IMG/VR virus record: IMGVR_UViG_3300017613_002552
Span: 4,943-68,942 of that record
DNA: 64,000 bases
Origin: a virus
Strand: one strand, 5' to 3'
Shown: positions 39,913 to 48,380 of the stretch, piece by piece
Position numbering within the stretch: position 1 is the stretch's first letter
How the letters are laid out: every line of letters begins with the position of its first letter
Notes under the pieces: generated by a model
Database searches by the model: none
Seen by the model: only the letters and a program-made list of their open reading frames with translations
What the model was told of the DNA's origin: nothing
Position numbers and translations under genes: made by a program

Positions 39913-40066
39913 TCACTACCCTCCAAACCATTCCATCTAGCTCTTCGTCTATTTCCGGGTCCGGCTTCGGCTCCTCGACATCCCAACCACGAATAGCGTG
40001 CGCCCCGGCCTCCTGTTCGTCCTGCTTCACCATCTCGCCGTCTTCAAGCTTCCAGCGCTCTGTCAT
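39890..40066 (-). CDS. 58-aa acidic hypothetical protein (not in ORF track)
   Basis: ATG 3 nt after the portal stop; MTERWKLEDGEMVKQD... Confidence 0.5.
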   Translation of the reverse strand: MTERWKLEDGEMVKQDEQEAGAHAIRGWDVEEPKPDPEIDEELDGMVWRVVSGTEEGS

Positions 40067-40069
40067 TTT

Positions 40070-43000
40070 TTAATCTTCTCCATAGAGCCACTTGAGGTCT
40101 TTGTATCGACTCCACTCTGCGGCACGTCCAAACTTGCTCACGGCGGAGAAGTAGGATCGGTCATCCCAACCATTCTTCGGCTCTCCACCAAGCGCCTTTG
40201 TAAAAAGTCCGTGCATATAATCGTCATCGTTGATGTTGAAGTGTATTTCGTCAATGAGCTTCCATGCTTTGTCTCTGTCCCCACCAGAAAGAACACCGGC
40301 GAGAGAGGCAACGGTTCCCATGTGCCCCTTGTAAACAGGACTTGAGTACTTGTTGGCCCAATATCGATGGTTGACGCCCATTGCTCGCCGTGCAAGTAAG
40401 TCTGTTGTACCCTCTTCAACAAGGACGTTTCCGTAATTCCTGTGCGCTCTGCCCTCCTTGATCTGCAATCCGAGTGAACCATCGGAGCGCTTGCGCGTGT
40501 GCGTCATTTCGTGTACGATGGAGTAACTGCCAAACTTGCGGTCTTTCTCTATTTTTTCAAGTAGGTGTGGACCTACAAAGATGTCACCATCCCGCGCAGC
40601 CGCATACGTTCGCTTGGTCTTCAGCAGACAGGCTTTGTTCTGCCCACAAACGGCAGCCCCATAAGCGGAACCATCTGCGTAAAGTGTGAGGTTTGGACCT
40701 TTGATCCCAAGGGCCTCAGAGGTCATTGCGGCAGCATCATTCACCCTGAACGCCGCTCTTTCACTTACCTTGCCACTGAGCTTGAACCTGTCTTCTGGGT
40801 ATGGCTTCGCCGCATGTCGCTTATCTGTGAACCTTCCACCTGTATCATGGTACGGGTTTTCGAGCTTTTCACTGCCATCGCCACGATCCACGGCAAGTCC
40901 AATGAGTTCTTGTGTCAACCCGTAAATGTTTCTGACCATTTCAGCATCGATATAGGCTCTTCCATCCTCCACTGGGAAAATAGACTTCCCGCCGTCATCC
41001 TCAAATGAAATGAAGTCAGCACCCTCTTCTACCATCCTCATCATTGCGGCGAGAACAAAGAGTGCAGCAGCAAATCTTTCACCACCACCAGCCTCCAACT
41101 TCTTATACAGGCTTTCGATAAATGACCAATCTTGGCGCTCATAGGCAGCATTGATCTCTTGCATAATGTCTTTAGAGCCACCATGATCTGGGTGATAAAC
41201 CTTCGCAAGTTTGCGGTACATACCCTTGAATTCTTTTTCTGTAGACCCAGAGGGCCAAGAGGATTTCCCAGACGGCTTATAATCCCACCGGCTCTCTCTG
41301 TAGGTCCTCTCGTACCTCTTCTTTTGTTTCTCCCACTGGCTCTTCCTCCACTCCTCATCCTTCTTATATTTTCTCTCATCTACGAGGTCCCTGGCAAGCG
41401 CAGCAGAGCACGAAACACCAAAGGCAGCAACACCTACCTTAAAAGATGTTGCAAATACTCTTGCAGATTCTTTTTCTATCTCACCGTATGTTAGGCTATA
41501 CTCATTGCCGCGAATCTTCATCGATAGTGCAATGTCTCGCTTCTTTTTCCCCTTCGCCTTCCTTATTTCTCCAGATGTAATATTGACAACGCCAGAGCCA
41601 ATGGCAAGAATGCCACTGGTAACAAATGCTGCCCATCCAGCTTGCGCCACTGCATGACTGGCAGTAGCAAACCTGCCCAAGTTATCATGATGTGGATTAT
41701 AAAGCTCGGTGCCACTTTTGTTATACGGAGCTATTAACCTGATCTCTTCAAAAAGCAACCATCGCTTGACCTCATCCTTTGTGTTTTTTGCTTCCTCGAC
41801 TAACTCCTCGAATCTCTCAACCTCATCAGAGAACCATGTAAATTCAGCGCTCTCTGGCTTGTGTCCAAGAAGTTCTTCGTAACCTGTTCCCCAATCGATA
41901 CCCGTGTCTCTCAGGTGACTACTGAGCCAGCTATAAGATGGCCTACTACTCGATTTCCAATTCGAGTTGGTGCCCTCAAAGAAAGATCGTGTAGACTTGA
42001 AAGAATGTGTGTTCAAGTGCAGATCATCGATCAGCTTCCATGCCTTACTCGCATTTCCGCCGCTAGTATGCCACGCCCAATCTGCAACGGCGACGGTGTA
42101 GTGCTGGTACACTGTGTGCGTTGTCTTTTTGCCGTAAAAGTCCTTCATAAAACGGCGAGTGAGGAGTTCTGTTGCACCCTCCTCTACATCGTTCGGGAAA
42201 AACTTCGACCACTTGGTTAGTTGAGGTCCACCAAGCGGCAGAGTCTTGCCGCCCTTTCTCCTTCTTGAGTGGATGATCTCATGGGCAACTGGGTGAGCGG
42301 GGTGAACATCTTTGTACTTGCCAAATAGATAATCGCTCTCTTTGCCTTTCTCAATAGCTTCAAGCCCCTTCGGGCTCACATGCGTCGTTTTTGTAACCGG
42401 GTTGTAAGCTCCAAGGGCAGGAACTCCATAGGTGTTAGCAAGGAATCCGGGCCACTCCTCATGGAGCTTCACATTCTTGGCGCTGATGCCGCTTATTCGT
42501 TCCTGGAGCGCACCAGCAACTCTTCCAACCTCTTCCTTTCCACCAGCAAAGCCAATTGCACCGGATGCGCCTTGTTTACTGGTGAACCTGCCCTTGTCAT
42601 CATGGTAAGGGTTGAAAAGCTCGACCGTGCTATCGTCGCCGCGAAGACCAAGGCGTTCAAGAATCTCAACTTGTCTGACAGAAAGCGCGACAAGAGAAGT
42701 GTTAAGGGCCTGCTGTATCATTTCTAGGGATTCGGTCTTCCCCTCTTTATCTCTCTGGGAAGACCACCGGCCCTCGCCGCCAGGTTGCTGCTTCGCCTTC
42801 TCCTCTGCATCGGCCTTCTTTGCTTTCTGTTGCTGCTCAAAAGCTTCCTGCGCTTCCTGCTTGGCCTGCTCCTTTATCTCATCTACTTCTTTTTCTGTGA
42901 GCGTTGGAACCCCACCCTTAATGAATAGCTCGCGCCAGTTCACATTCTGCAAGGCATCGCCAGCGGTGTTGCCAGCAACAGCCATGAGCTTGAATAGCAA

Positions 43001-44215
43001 TGGGAGAACCCGACTATTCGCTCCCTGAAAATCAAGCCAAATCTTCGTTGCCTTGGAGCCATTGTACCGAAGGGACTTTCTGAGAACGTATTGAGAGATA
43101 TGAAGGCCAATATGCGATAGAATTCTCTCAGTGTCCAGCATTACGGCGAATTCATCATTTTCGCTATCCGCGCTCCCTGTCAGCAAGAAACGATTGATAT
43201 TATCTGACAGCAATTCAAGAGCAGAAATAAAGCCGTTGCCTGCCTGATCGTTGCCTGTTTTTTGTAGATCGATTGTCCAAAGTCGCTCGCCGGATTCTCT
43301 GTAGGTATCAGAGGGCAACGCAGCATAGTTTGTCCTATGCAAGCTCTGTGCCATTTGTATGGCCCAGGCCATGCAATCAACCTTCTGACCATTTACCAAA
43401 ATGCGGCCCTTGCTCGGCGCACGGACGATAACGGTCCCCTCACCAGCCCTTTTCAGGTAGCGAAGAAACGATCTCCACACCAATTCAAACCAGAACCACC
43501 AGACATATACTGGTTCAAGGATGCTCTTTCCTTGCAGGTCCCCAAAAAGACCATCGTTTGCAATTATGAGCGCCCGATCCAGTCCAATTGTCACGGGGTC
43601 TTCCATCCACGATGCGGCTTGGACAAAGCCCTCGAAGGATCGTGTCTTTTTGTTACGAAGGATTTCCTGGATCGTATTTGGGTGACAGCCATGAATGTCA
43701 TCAATAACCCAGTACGGATACGCAGATTTTGCCAGCCCATATCCTTGTGGGTATTCAGGCGTCCAGACCGTCTCTCCATAGAATGCACCGTACTCAAGGA
43801 AAGTCAGAATCTCACCAATCACCTTCGGCAAAATTTCTCGAAGGTTAGCATGAACTACTTCTGACAACCTCTCATCGGCAGATTTGACACTGAAGCCAGA
43901 ATCAGCGTTGACGACACCAATAACCGGTGCCTTCTTCAGTGCCATTGGGTATGCGATTTGGCCGGAGGACATCATCTGATCAATTATGTCCACGTTGACA
44001 CCGCTCGACGCACCCCTGTTCAGCATTCCAACATGGTAGTCTAAAAGGTATCCTTCAACTTCTTCCGGCGATGGCTGACTAGACCTACTCATTGGAGGAA
44101 GTGCCCCGTAACTGCCTTCAACCTCAAGCATTACGGTTTGTCGCTCTTCTTCTGGCAGGGTAGCCAGTGCCTTTTCCAAGGCTGACAGATCAGCCGATTT
44201 GCTGTCGTAAGTCAT
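40070..44215 (-). CDS. portal protein (Mu-gp29/DUF935-like) fused to two zinc-metallopeptidase domains and a J-domain
   Basis: Follows terL; FLEYGAFYGETVW, LQGKSILEPVY..W; HEIIH, YHPDHGG, HEMTH; three NP(Y/H)HDxxGRF motifs. Confidence 0.85.
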   Translation of the reverse strand: MTYDSKSADLSALEKALATLPEEERQTVMLEVEGSYGALPPMSRSSQPSPEEVEGYLLDYHVGMLNRGASSGVNVDIIDQMMSSGQIAYPMALKKAPVIGVVNADSGFSVKSADERLSEVVHANLREILPKVIGEILTFLEYGAFYGETVWTPEYPQGYGLAKSAYPYWVIDDIHGCHPNTIQEILRNKKTRSFEGFVQAASWMEDPVTIGLDRALIIANDGLFGDLQGKSILEPVYVWWFWFELVWRSFLRYLKRAGEGTVIVRAPSKGRILVNGQKVDCMAWAIQMAQSLHRTNYAALPSDTYRESGERLWTIDLQKTGNDQAGNGFISALELLSDNINRFLLTGSADSENDEFAVMLDTERILSHIGLHISQYVLRKSLRYNGSKATKIWLDFQGANSRVLPLLFKLMAVAGNTAGDALQNVNWRELFIKGGVPTLTEKEVDEIKEQAKQEAQEAFEQQQKAKKADAEEKAKQQPGGEGRWSSQRDKEGKTESLEMIQQALNTSLVALSVRQVEILERLGLRGDDSTVELFNPYHDDKGRFTSKQGASGAIGFAGGKEEVGRVAGALQERISGISAKNVKLHEEWPGFLANTYGVPALGAYNPVTKTTHVSPKGLEAIEKGKESDYLFGKYKDVHPAHPVAHEIIHSRRRKGGKTLPLGGPQLTKWSKFFPNDVEEGATELLTRRFMKDFYGKKTTHTVYQHYTVAVADWAWHTSGGNASKAWKLIDDLHLNTHSFKSTRSFFEGTNSNWKSSSRPSYSWLSSHLRDTGIDWGTGYEELLGHKPESAEFTWFSDEVERFEELVEEAKNTKDEVKRWLLFEEIRLIAPYNKSGTELYNPHHDNLGRFATASHAVAQAGWAAFVTSGILAIGSGVVNITSGEIRKAKGKKKRDIALSMKIRGNEYSLTYGEIEKESARVFATSFKVGVAAFGVSCSAALARDLVDERKYKKDEEWRKSQWEKQKKRYERTYRESRWDYKPSGKSSWPSGSTEKEFKGMYRKLAKVYHPDHGGSKDIMQEINAAYERQDWSFIESLYKKLEAGGGERFAAALFVLAAMMRMVEEGADFISFEDDGGKSIFPVEDGRAYIDAEMVRNIYGLTQELIGLAVDRGDGSEKLENPYHDTGGRFTDKRHAAKPYPEDRFKLSGKVSERAAFRVNDAAAMTSEALGIKGPNLTLYADGSAYGAAVCGQNKACLLKTKRTYAAARDGDIFVGPHLLEKIEKDRKFGSYSIVHEMTHTRKRSDGSLGLQIKEGRAHRNYGNVLVEEGTTDLLARRAMGVNHRYWANKYSSPVYKGHMGTVASLAGVLSGGDRDKAWKLIDEIHFNINDDDYMHGLFTKALGGEPKNGWDDRSYFSAVSKFGRAAEWSRYKDLKWLYGED

Positions 44216-45773
44216 ACATTGGGTTCCTTGGGTCAAATTCTGACCAATCACTCATGATTTCGACATCCGCTCCATCGATAACACCCATAGTCGGTATAAG
44301 AATGTTGACCGGATCGAAATCTGTATCAAGCTCTGTCGGGACCATTGGCAGAGAGACTATTCTCTCCGGCATTTCAAAGTCGTACCCACCCATCTCAACT
44401 AGGGCATCATACGCCAAGATAGCAGCAATTACAAGGTCATCATATTGTCCAGATGGCGCAGAGTATTGATTGTTTCCAAGGTCCTCATAGGTGAGAAGCT
44501 GGTAATAAAGAGCTTTGCTTGTAATAGCCACCAAGCCGCCAGCAAGGGCAAGCGCGAACTGATTCACAAGCCTCGGCTTGCTTTTTGATGTTGTTCTTGA
44601 GAGTCCAATTTCGGACACGTCATCTTCAGGCAAAATGTGCCTATTCTCTACCGTTAGACCTGGGCCATTCTCCTCGATCAGCATTAGACCGGGCCACTTT
44701 TTGTGCCATGCAGACACATAGCCCATCATTTCTACGCGCTCGCCGCCGATCTCTTCTGTTTTCCCCGCCCACTCATCAAGGGGCATCTGGTTTGCTTCGC
44801 TTGCAACCTCCATGCCATACTCATTGAAGGTGACAACTGCGTTAAAGTCACGAGTGCGAACCTTCTTATTCCGCCTGATTTCGGCAGAGTCAATACCAGA
44901 AGCAAAGGTCCCCTTATTGACTGGCAAATCGGCGAGTTCTTGTGGGAGCCCATGCTCAAAGAAGCACTTTGCAAGGTAGGTTGGGTCAAACGCAGGAGAA
45001 CCAGTGCCAAGGAAAACAAGCTCAAACTCCTGGTTAATTTGATTATCGGTCATCCCATCCGATGCATCCGCCAGCCATTTACTTCCAAAGCCGCAGTCCG
45101 TGTAGTGGACCCGTATCGCCCTGAAGGTGCTTTCCCCGCCGTCTGCCTGCATCCACAAACGAGCAAACGCACCAGAAACACCGTTCGGCGAAGAGGCTGC
45201 AACCACCTGACCACCATGAGAGGTCGTTGGCTTAATCGAGGTCCAGGTCTCCTCTGCGTTGTCGAGGTGGGCAAACTCGTCAAGGAAAACAAACCGCGCA
45301 GTATCACCACGACCGGAATCACCGGTGGTTGTGAGTGAGTCAATGCTCGATTCACTGGTTATGTGCTTACCTGCTCGCCTGTGAACAACTGCCAGGCGCG
45401 TTTGTGATGTGGATGAATATGGCCTTCGGATGAAGTCTGGGAAGTTGTCAATAACAAACTTCACCTTGGCGAGCAACTTGATCGCCTTCTTCTCTTTTTG
45501 GGAAAGCAAGAGGATTTCAATGTCTGGATTGAAGAGAATCAGCCAGGCCACAAAACCAGCAATTGTCCAAGATGCACCGACTTGACGGCTCTTGAGAATA
45601 ACCGCGTTTTGGCCGCTTTGCAAGTACTCAATGAGGTCTTCTTGCCAGGGGTACGGGACCCACTTGATCTTCCCTCTGATAATATGCCTCAAGTGGCCGT
45701 ATTTTTCTATGGTGTACAAGGCAGATGCGCGACAACGCTTATACTCGTCTGCCTCTTCCCTGGTCAACTTCAT
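44190..45773 (-). CDS. terL: terminase large subunit
   Basis: PYPWQ, LKSRQVGAS, FLDEFAH, SSPNG, GIDSA, IEENGPG, YDDLVIA. Confidence 0.95.
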   Translation of the reverse strand: MKLTREEADEYKRCRASALYTIEKYGHLRHIIRGKIKWVPYPWQEDLIEYLQSGQNAVILKSRQVGASWTIAGFVAWLILFNPDIEILLLSQKEKKAIKLLAKVKFVIDNFPDFIRRPYSSTSQTRLAVVHRRAGKHITSESSIDSLTTTGDSGRGDTARFVFLDEFAHLDNAEETWTSIKPTTSHGGQVVAASSPNGVSGAFARLWMQADGGESTFRAIRVHYTDCGFGSKWLADASDGMTDNQINQEFELVFLGTGSPAFDPTYLAKCFFEHGLPQELADLPVNKGTFASGIDSAEIRRNKKVRTRDFNAVVTFNEYGMEVASEANQMPLDEWAGKTEEIGGERVEMMGYVSAWHKKWPGLMLIEENGPGLTVENRHILPEDDVSEIGLSRTTSKSKPRLVNQFALALAGGLVAITSKALYYQLLTYEDLGNNQYSAPSGQYDDLVIAAILAYDALVEMGGYDFEMPERIVSLPMVPTELDTDFDPVNILIPTMGVIDGADVEIMSDWSEFDPRNPMYDLRQQIG

Positions 45774-46117
45774 TAGATATCGTCCCTATCAAATTCTTCT
45801 TCTCCGTCACTAGAATAGGCAGTAAGTGCTTGCCATGACTCTATTAGGGCAACGGTATCCTTTGGCGAGCACGAACCTTCAGAAACCAAAGAGAAGATTT
45901 TGTGGCGCATTATCTCTGCTTGTACAGCAGCATCGCTTGAGCAGTTACCATATCCAGCAGAAAACCTCTTGTGCTGCCATGAATCCTCAGAACCCCAAAC
46001 CTTCACGGTATCATGGCTGACACCAATGCGTTCTGCAACATCCTTGTAGCCCACGTCATTGCCAGACATGAAGTACTCGAATGCTCTTTCTTTATCGGTA
46101 AGAGGCTTCCTATCCAT
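45773..46117 (-). CDS. terS: terminase small subunit (HTH)
   Basis: YKDVAERIGVSHDTVKVW....W; TAATG overlap with terL. Confidence 0.75.
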   Translation of the reverse strand: MDRKPLTDKERAFEYFMSGNDVGYKDVAERIGVSHDTVKVWGSEDSWQHKRFSAGYGNCSSDAAVQAEIMRHKIFSLVSEGSCSPKDTVALIESWQALTAYSSDGEEEFDRDDI

Positions 46118-46123
46118 ACACGA

Positions 46124-46152
46124 ATTGTAACATAAACAGCCAGCAATGTCAA
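46124..46152 (-). promoter_or_regulatory. sigma70-type promoter TTGACA-N17-TACAAT, probably giving a leaderless terS mRNA
   Basis: Extended TG; -10 ends 6 nt before ATG; no SD. Confidence 0.8.
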
Positions 46153-46160
46153 GGGGGTAC

Positions 46161-46189
46161 TTGACACGAAAAGTGAAATATGCTATACT
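46161..46189 (+). promoter_or_regulatory. sigma70-type promoter TTGACA-N17-TATACT (divergent partner)
   Basis: Back-to-back with the terS promoter, -35 boxes 8 bp apart. Confidence 0.8.
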
Positions 46190-46262
46190 ATGTCACACGA
46201 GTAGCTGTATTATAAAGAGAGGATAGGTGTGACGTGGTTGACAGCTTAACATTTTATGTAAC

Positions 46263-46730
46263 TTGGAAAGCAACGGTGGTAATGCTATGCGCGGCCTCCT
46301 TCATCTTGGGCATCATGGCAACAGTGATCTTCCTGGCGATCCTGTCGAAGAAAACAGAATCTCAGGAGTAATAGAATACCCCCCGAAGTGGGGCTTTTTG
46401 ATTCCATACCAAGGAAGGCCGCTGACACTGAAAGATGTAGATGTGGAAGCGCTCGAATGGATGCGAGAACATTTCAAGGAACGCTACGAAGACGAGCCGA
46501 TTCCAATTAAAGGTGTCCTGAAAGAAACAGCAAGTCCGTTCGTGAGGAAAACAAGTATCCTTCCGCATCTCTTGAGGCTTTGGGCGAACGGGCGCATAGA
46601 AAGGTTCGCCAAGGGCTTTCACACTTTATCTGGGAGACCTAACTATGGTAGCTACTTTATCTGGCATTCCTGGGCCGGAGATCACATTGCTGACAATGAT
46701 CTCAGAGGTCCCGCTTATTTTATGCCGTGA
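46263..46730 (+). CDS. hypothetical protein, possible winged helix
   Basis: First ORF after the divergent promoter; start uncertain. Confidence 0.6.
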   Translation: MESNGGNAMRGLLHLGHHGNSDLPGDPVEENRISGVIEYPPKWGFLIPYQGRPLTLKDVDVEALEWMREHFKERYEDEPIPIKGVLKETASPFVRKTSILPHLLRLWANGRIERFAKGFHTLSGRPNYGSYFIWHSWAGDHIADNDLRGPAYFMP

Positions 46731-47199
46731 CGAAGACACGGCAATGATCATCCAGGCGGCCCTTCACTCTCACCTTACAAGAGAGCCGCCGGTTATGGTT
46801 GTCGGCGAGGAAGAATGGCCTGAGAAGATGCAGTGCAGTGCAGCGCTCATCACGCCCATTCAAATCCTTGGCTCTGGTGAACCAAAAAGTTTCTCCCTGC
46901 CAGATATTGAAAGGCTGACAAAAAGCACAAAAAAGGTCCTTTCTTCCATTATGCGCTACAAGATGGCAAACGATGGCAAATTCCCTCCAATTCGCTGGAT
47001 TGCCGCCGCAGCTTTTGGCGAAGATACCCCACTATCAAAAAGAGGGGTCAGAAACGCAATTAAGGAACTTGAGAGAGCAAAATTCCTGTTCAGGCCAGAT
47101 GAACAAACCATAGATTACAGAACAAACTTTGGCAGATGGAGACCTGATCCATCTATCGCTCGCTCCGCTGGCCTTGAGGTAGAAGAATATGAGCGTTGA
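46645..47199 (+). CDS. winged-HTH DNA-binding protein (start probably 46744)
   Basis: FPPIRWIAAAAF...SKRGVRNAIKELERAKFL. Confidence 0.6.
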   Translation: MVATLSGIPGPEITLLTMISEVPLILCRDEDTAMIIQAALHSHLTREPPVMVVGEEEWPEKMQCSAALITPIQILGSGEPKSFSLPDIERLTKSTKKVLSSIMRYKMANDGKFPPIRWIAAAAFGEDTPLSKRGVRNAIKELERAKFLFRPDEQTIDYRTNFGRWRPDPSIARSAGLEVEEYER

Positions 47200-47224
47200 C
47201 AAGTTTGCAGATGTGATGTATAAT
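47196..47224 (+). promoter_or_regulatory. perfect consensus promoter TTGACA-N17-TATAAT
   Basis: Read directly. Confidence 0.85.
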
Positions 47225-47230
47225 AGAATC

Positions 47231-47300
47231 ACTGTCTTCTTCTGTTGCCATTTGCCGCAGAGGGCGCAAACCGGCTGGCTGCCCAGTCGGTTTGTGTTTT
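47231..47300 (+). ncRNA. candidate small RNA 1 (~70 nt)
   Basis: Consensus promoter, CU-rich 5' seed, 15-bp terminator stem 47264-47297 plus U run; no ORF. Confidence 0.6.
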
Positions 47301-47314
47301 GAAAGAAAATCCCA

Positions 47315-47587
47315 ATGTCACAAAATGAAAAAGAACTCGAACTTGCAAGGATTGCAAAATCAATAGAGACTGACTTCTGCGGCGATTTCGCAGAGGCACT
47401 TGCTGTCTTCCAAAAAGCAGCGGCCAAATCGTATGAAGTATTATGCAAGGCTATCATAGAGATGCACAACAACATGGCCGAAATCTATGTCAAGTATTCT
47501 GAAGAAATCGATGGCAGGGCACTAAGCCAAGAGGAGAAGCGGAAAATCTTCCTCGACCACATCACATCCACAATGGAGGAAAAGTGA
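47315..47587 (+). CDS. hypothetical protein
   Basis: GTGA overlap with GT2 gene. Confidence 0.6.
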   Translation: MSQNEKELELARIAKSIETDFCGDFAEALAVFQKAAAKSYEVLCKAIIEMHNNMAEIYVKYSEEIDGRALSQEEKRKIFLDHITSTMEEK

Positions 47588-48366
47588 TCGGAATAACCTG
47601 TGTTGCATACAACCAACCTGACCTTCTCTTGAAGATGGCAAGAACGGCGAGCGAGAGTGGGCACCCTATTCGTTTCTACATTACCAGAACCTCAATGATC
47701 CCACAGGTAACTCTAGCTTGCGATGAAATACTTGAGAAATACGATGCAGTTGTCGATGGAAGCGGCAAAAATATTGGCGTCTCTCGCTGCTGGAACAACA
47801 ACCTGATCAAGATGCAAGAGGACGAATGCGAGTTCATGATGGTCGTCAACGACGATATCTGGTTTGAACCGGGCGACGTTGACTTACTCATCTCGGCTGC
47901 GCTTGCACACAGAGACAACTACGCCATCCAGTGCGCAGGCCCCAACCTTACCCTGAATGCCCGTGTTGGAGATCATGGCTTCTCGTGTGTAGTTTTCAAC
48001 CCAATTGCCCTGGAAACACTTGGCTATTTCGATGAAAACTTCTTCCCTGCCTACAATGAAGATGTTGACTATGCGTACCGGGCCGGTCTCGCCGGTCTTG
48101 TTGCTCATATCGAACCAAACACACAGGTTCATCATGTTGGAAGTGCCGCGATTCAGACAAATAGCAAGCTGGCAAATCAAAACCACCGGACCCACGGACT
48201 AAATGACCAATACTGGACGAGAAAGTGGGGGTGTTCCAAGGGCGGGAAGGGCCACTCTCGCCCATTCAATAACCAGGAATTTCACCCATACTACATCTCA
48301 ATAGAAAGCAGACACGAACCATATCCCGGTTTCAATAGGGCAGATCGGGAAGTAGTCGTAATTTAG
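47584..48366 (+). CDS. GT2 (GT-A) glycosyltransferase
   Basis: NIGVSRCWN, VNDDI, GYFDENFFPAYNEDVDY..R, HHVGS. Confidence 0.9.
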   Translation: MIGITCVAYNQPDLLLKMARTASESGHPIRFYITRTSMIPQVTLACDEILEKYDAVVDGSGKNIGVSRCWNNNLIKMQEDECEFMMVVNDDIWFEPGDVDLLISAALAHRDNYAIQCAGPNLTLNARVGDHGFSCVVFNPIALETLGYFDENFFPAYNEDVDYAYRAGLAGLVAHIEPNTQVHHVGSAAIQTNSKLANQNHRTHGLNDQYWTRKWGCSKGGKGHSRPFNNQEFHPYYISIESRHEPYPGFNRADREVVVI

Positions 48367-48380
48367 AAAGGAGAAGACAG

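Noticed and set aside
11541-46117. Genome-wide TAG reassignment (alternative genetic code)
   Set aside because: Only one internal TAG was found; 1000-2200-aa late ORFs are intact under code 11 and several genes end in TAG with the next SD or start overlapping
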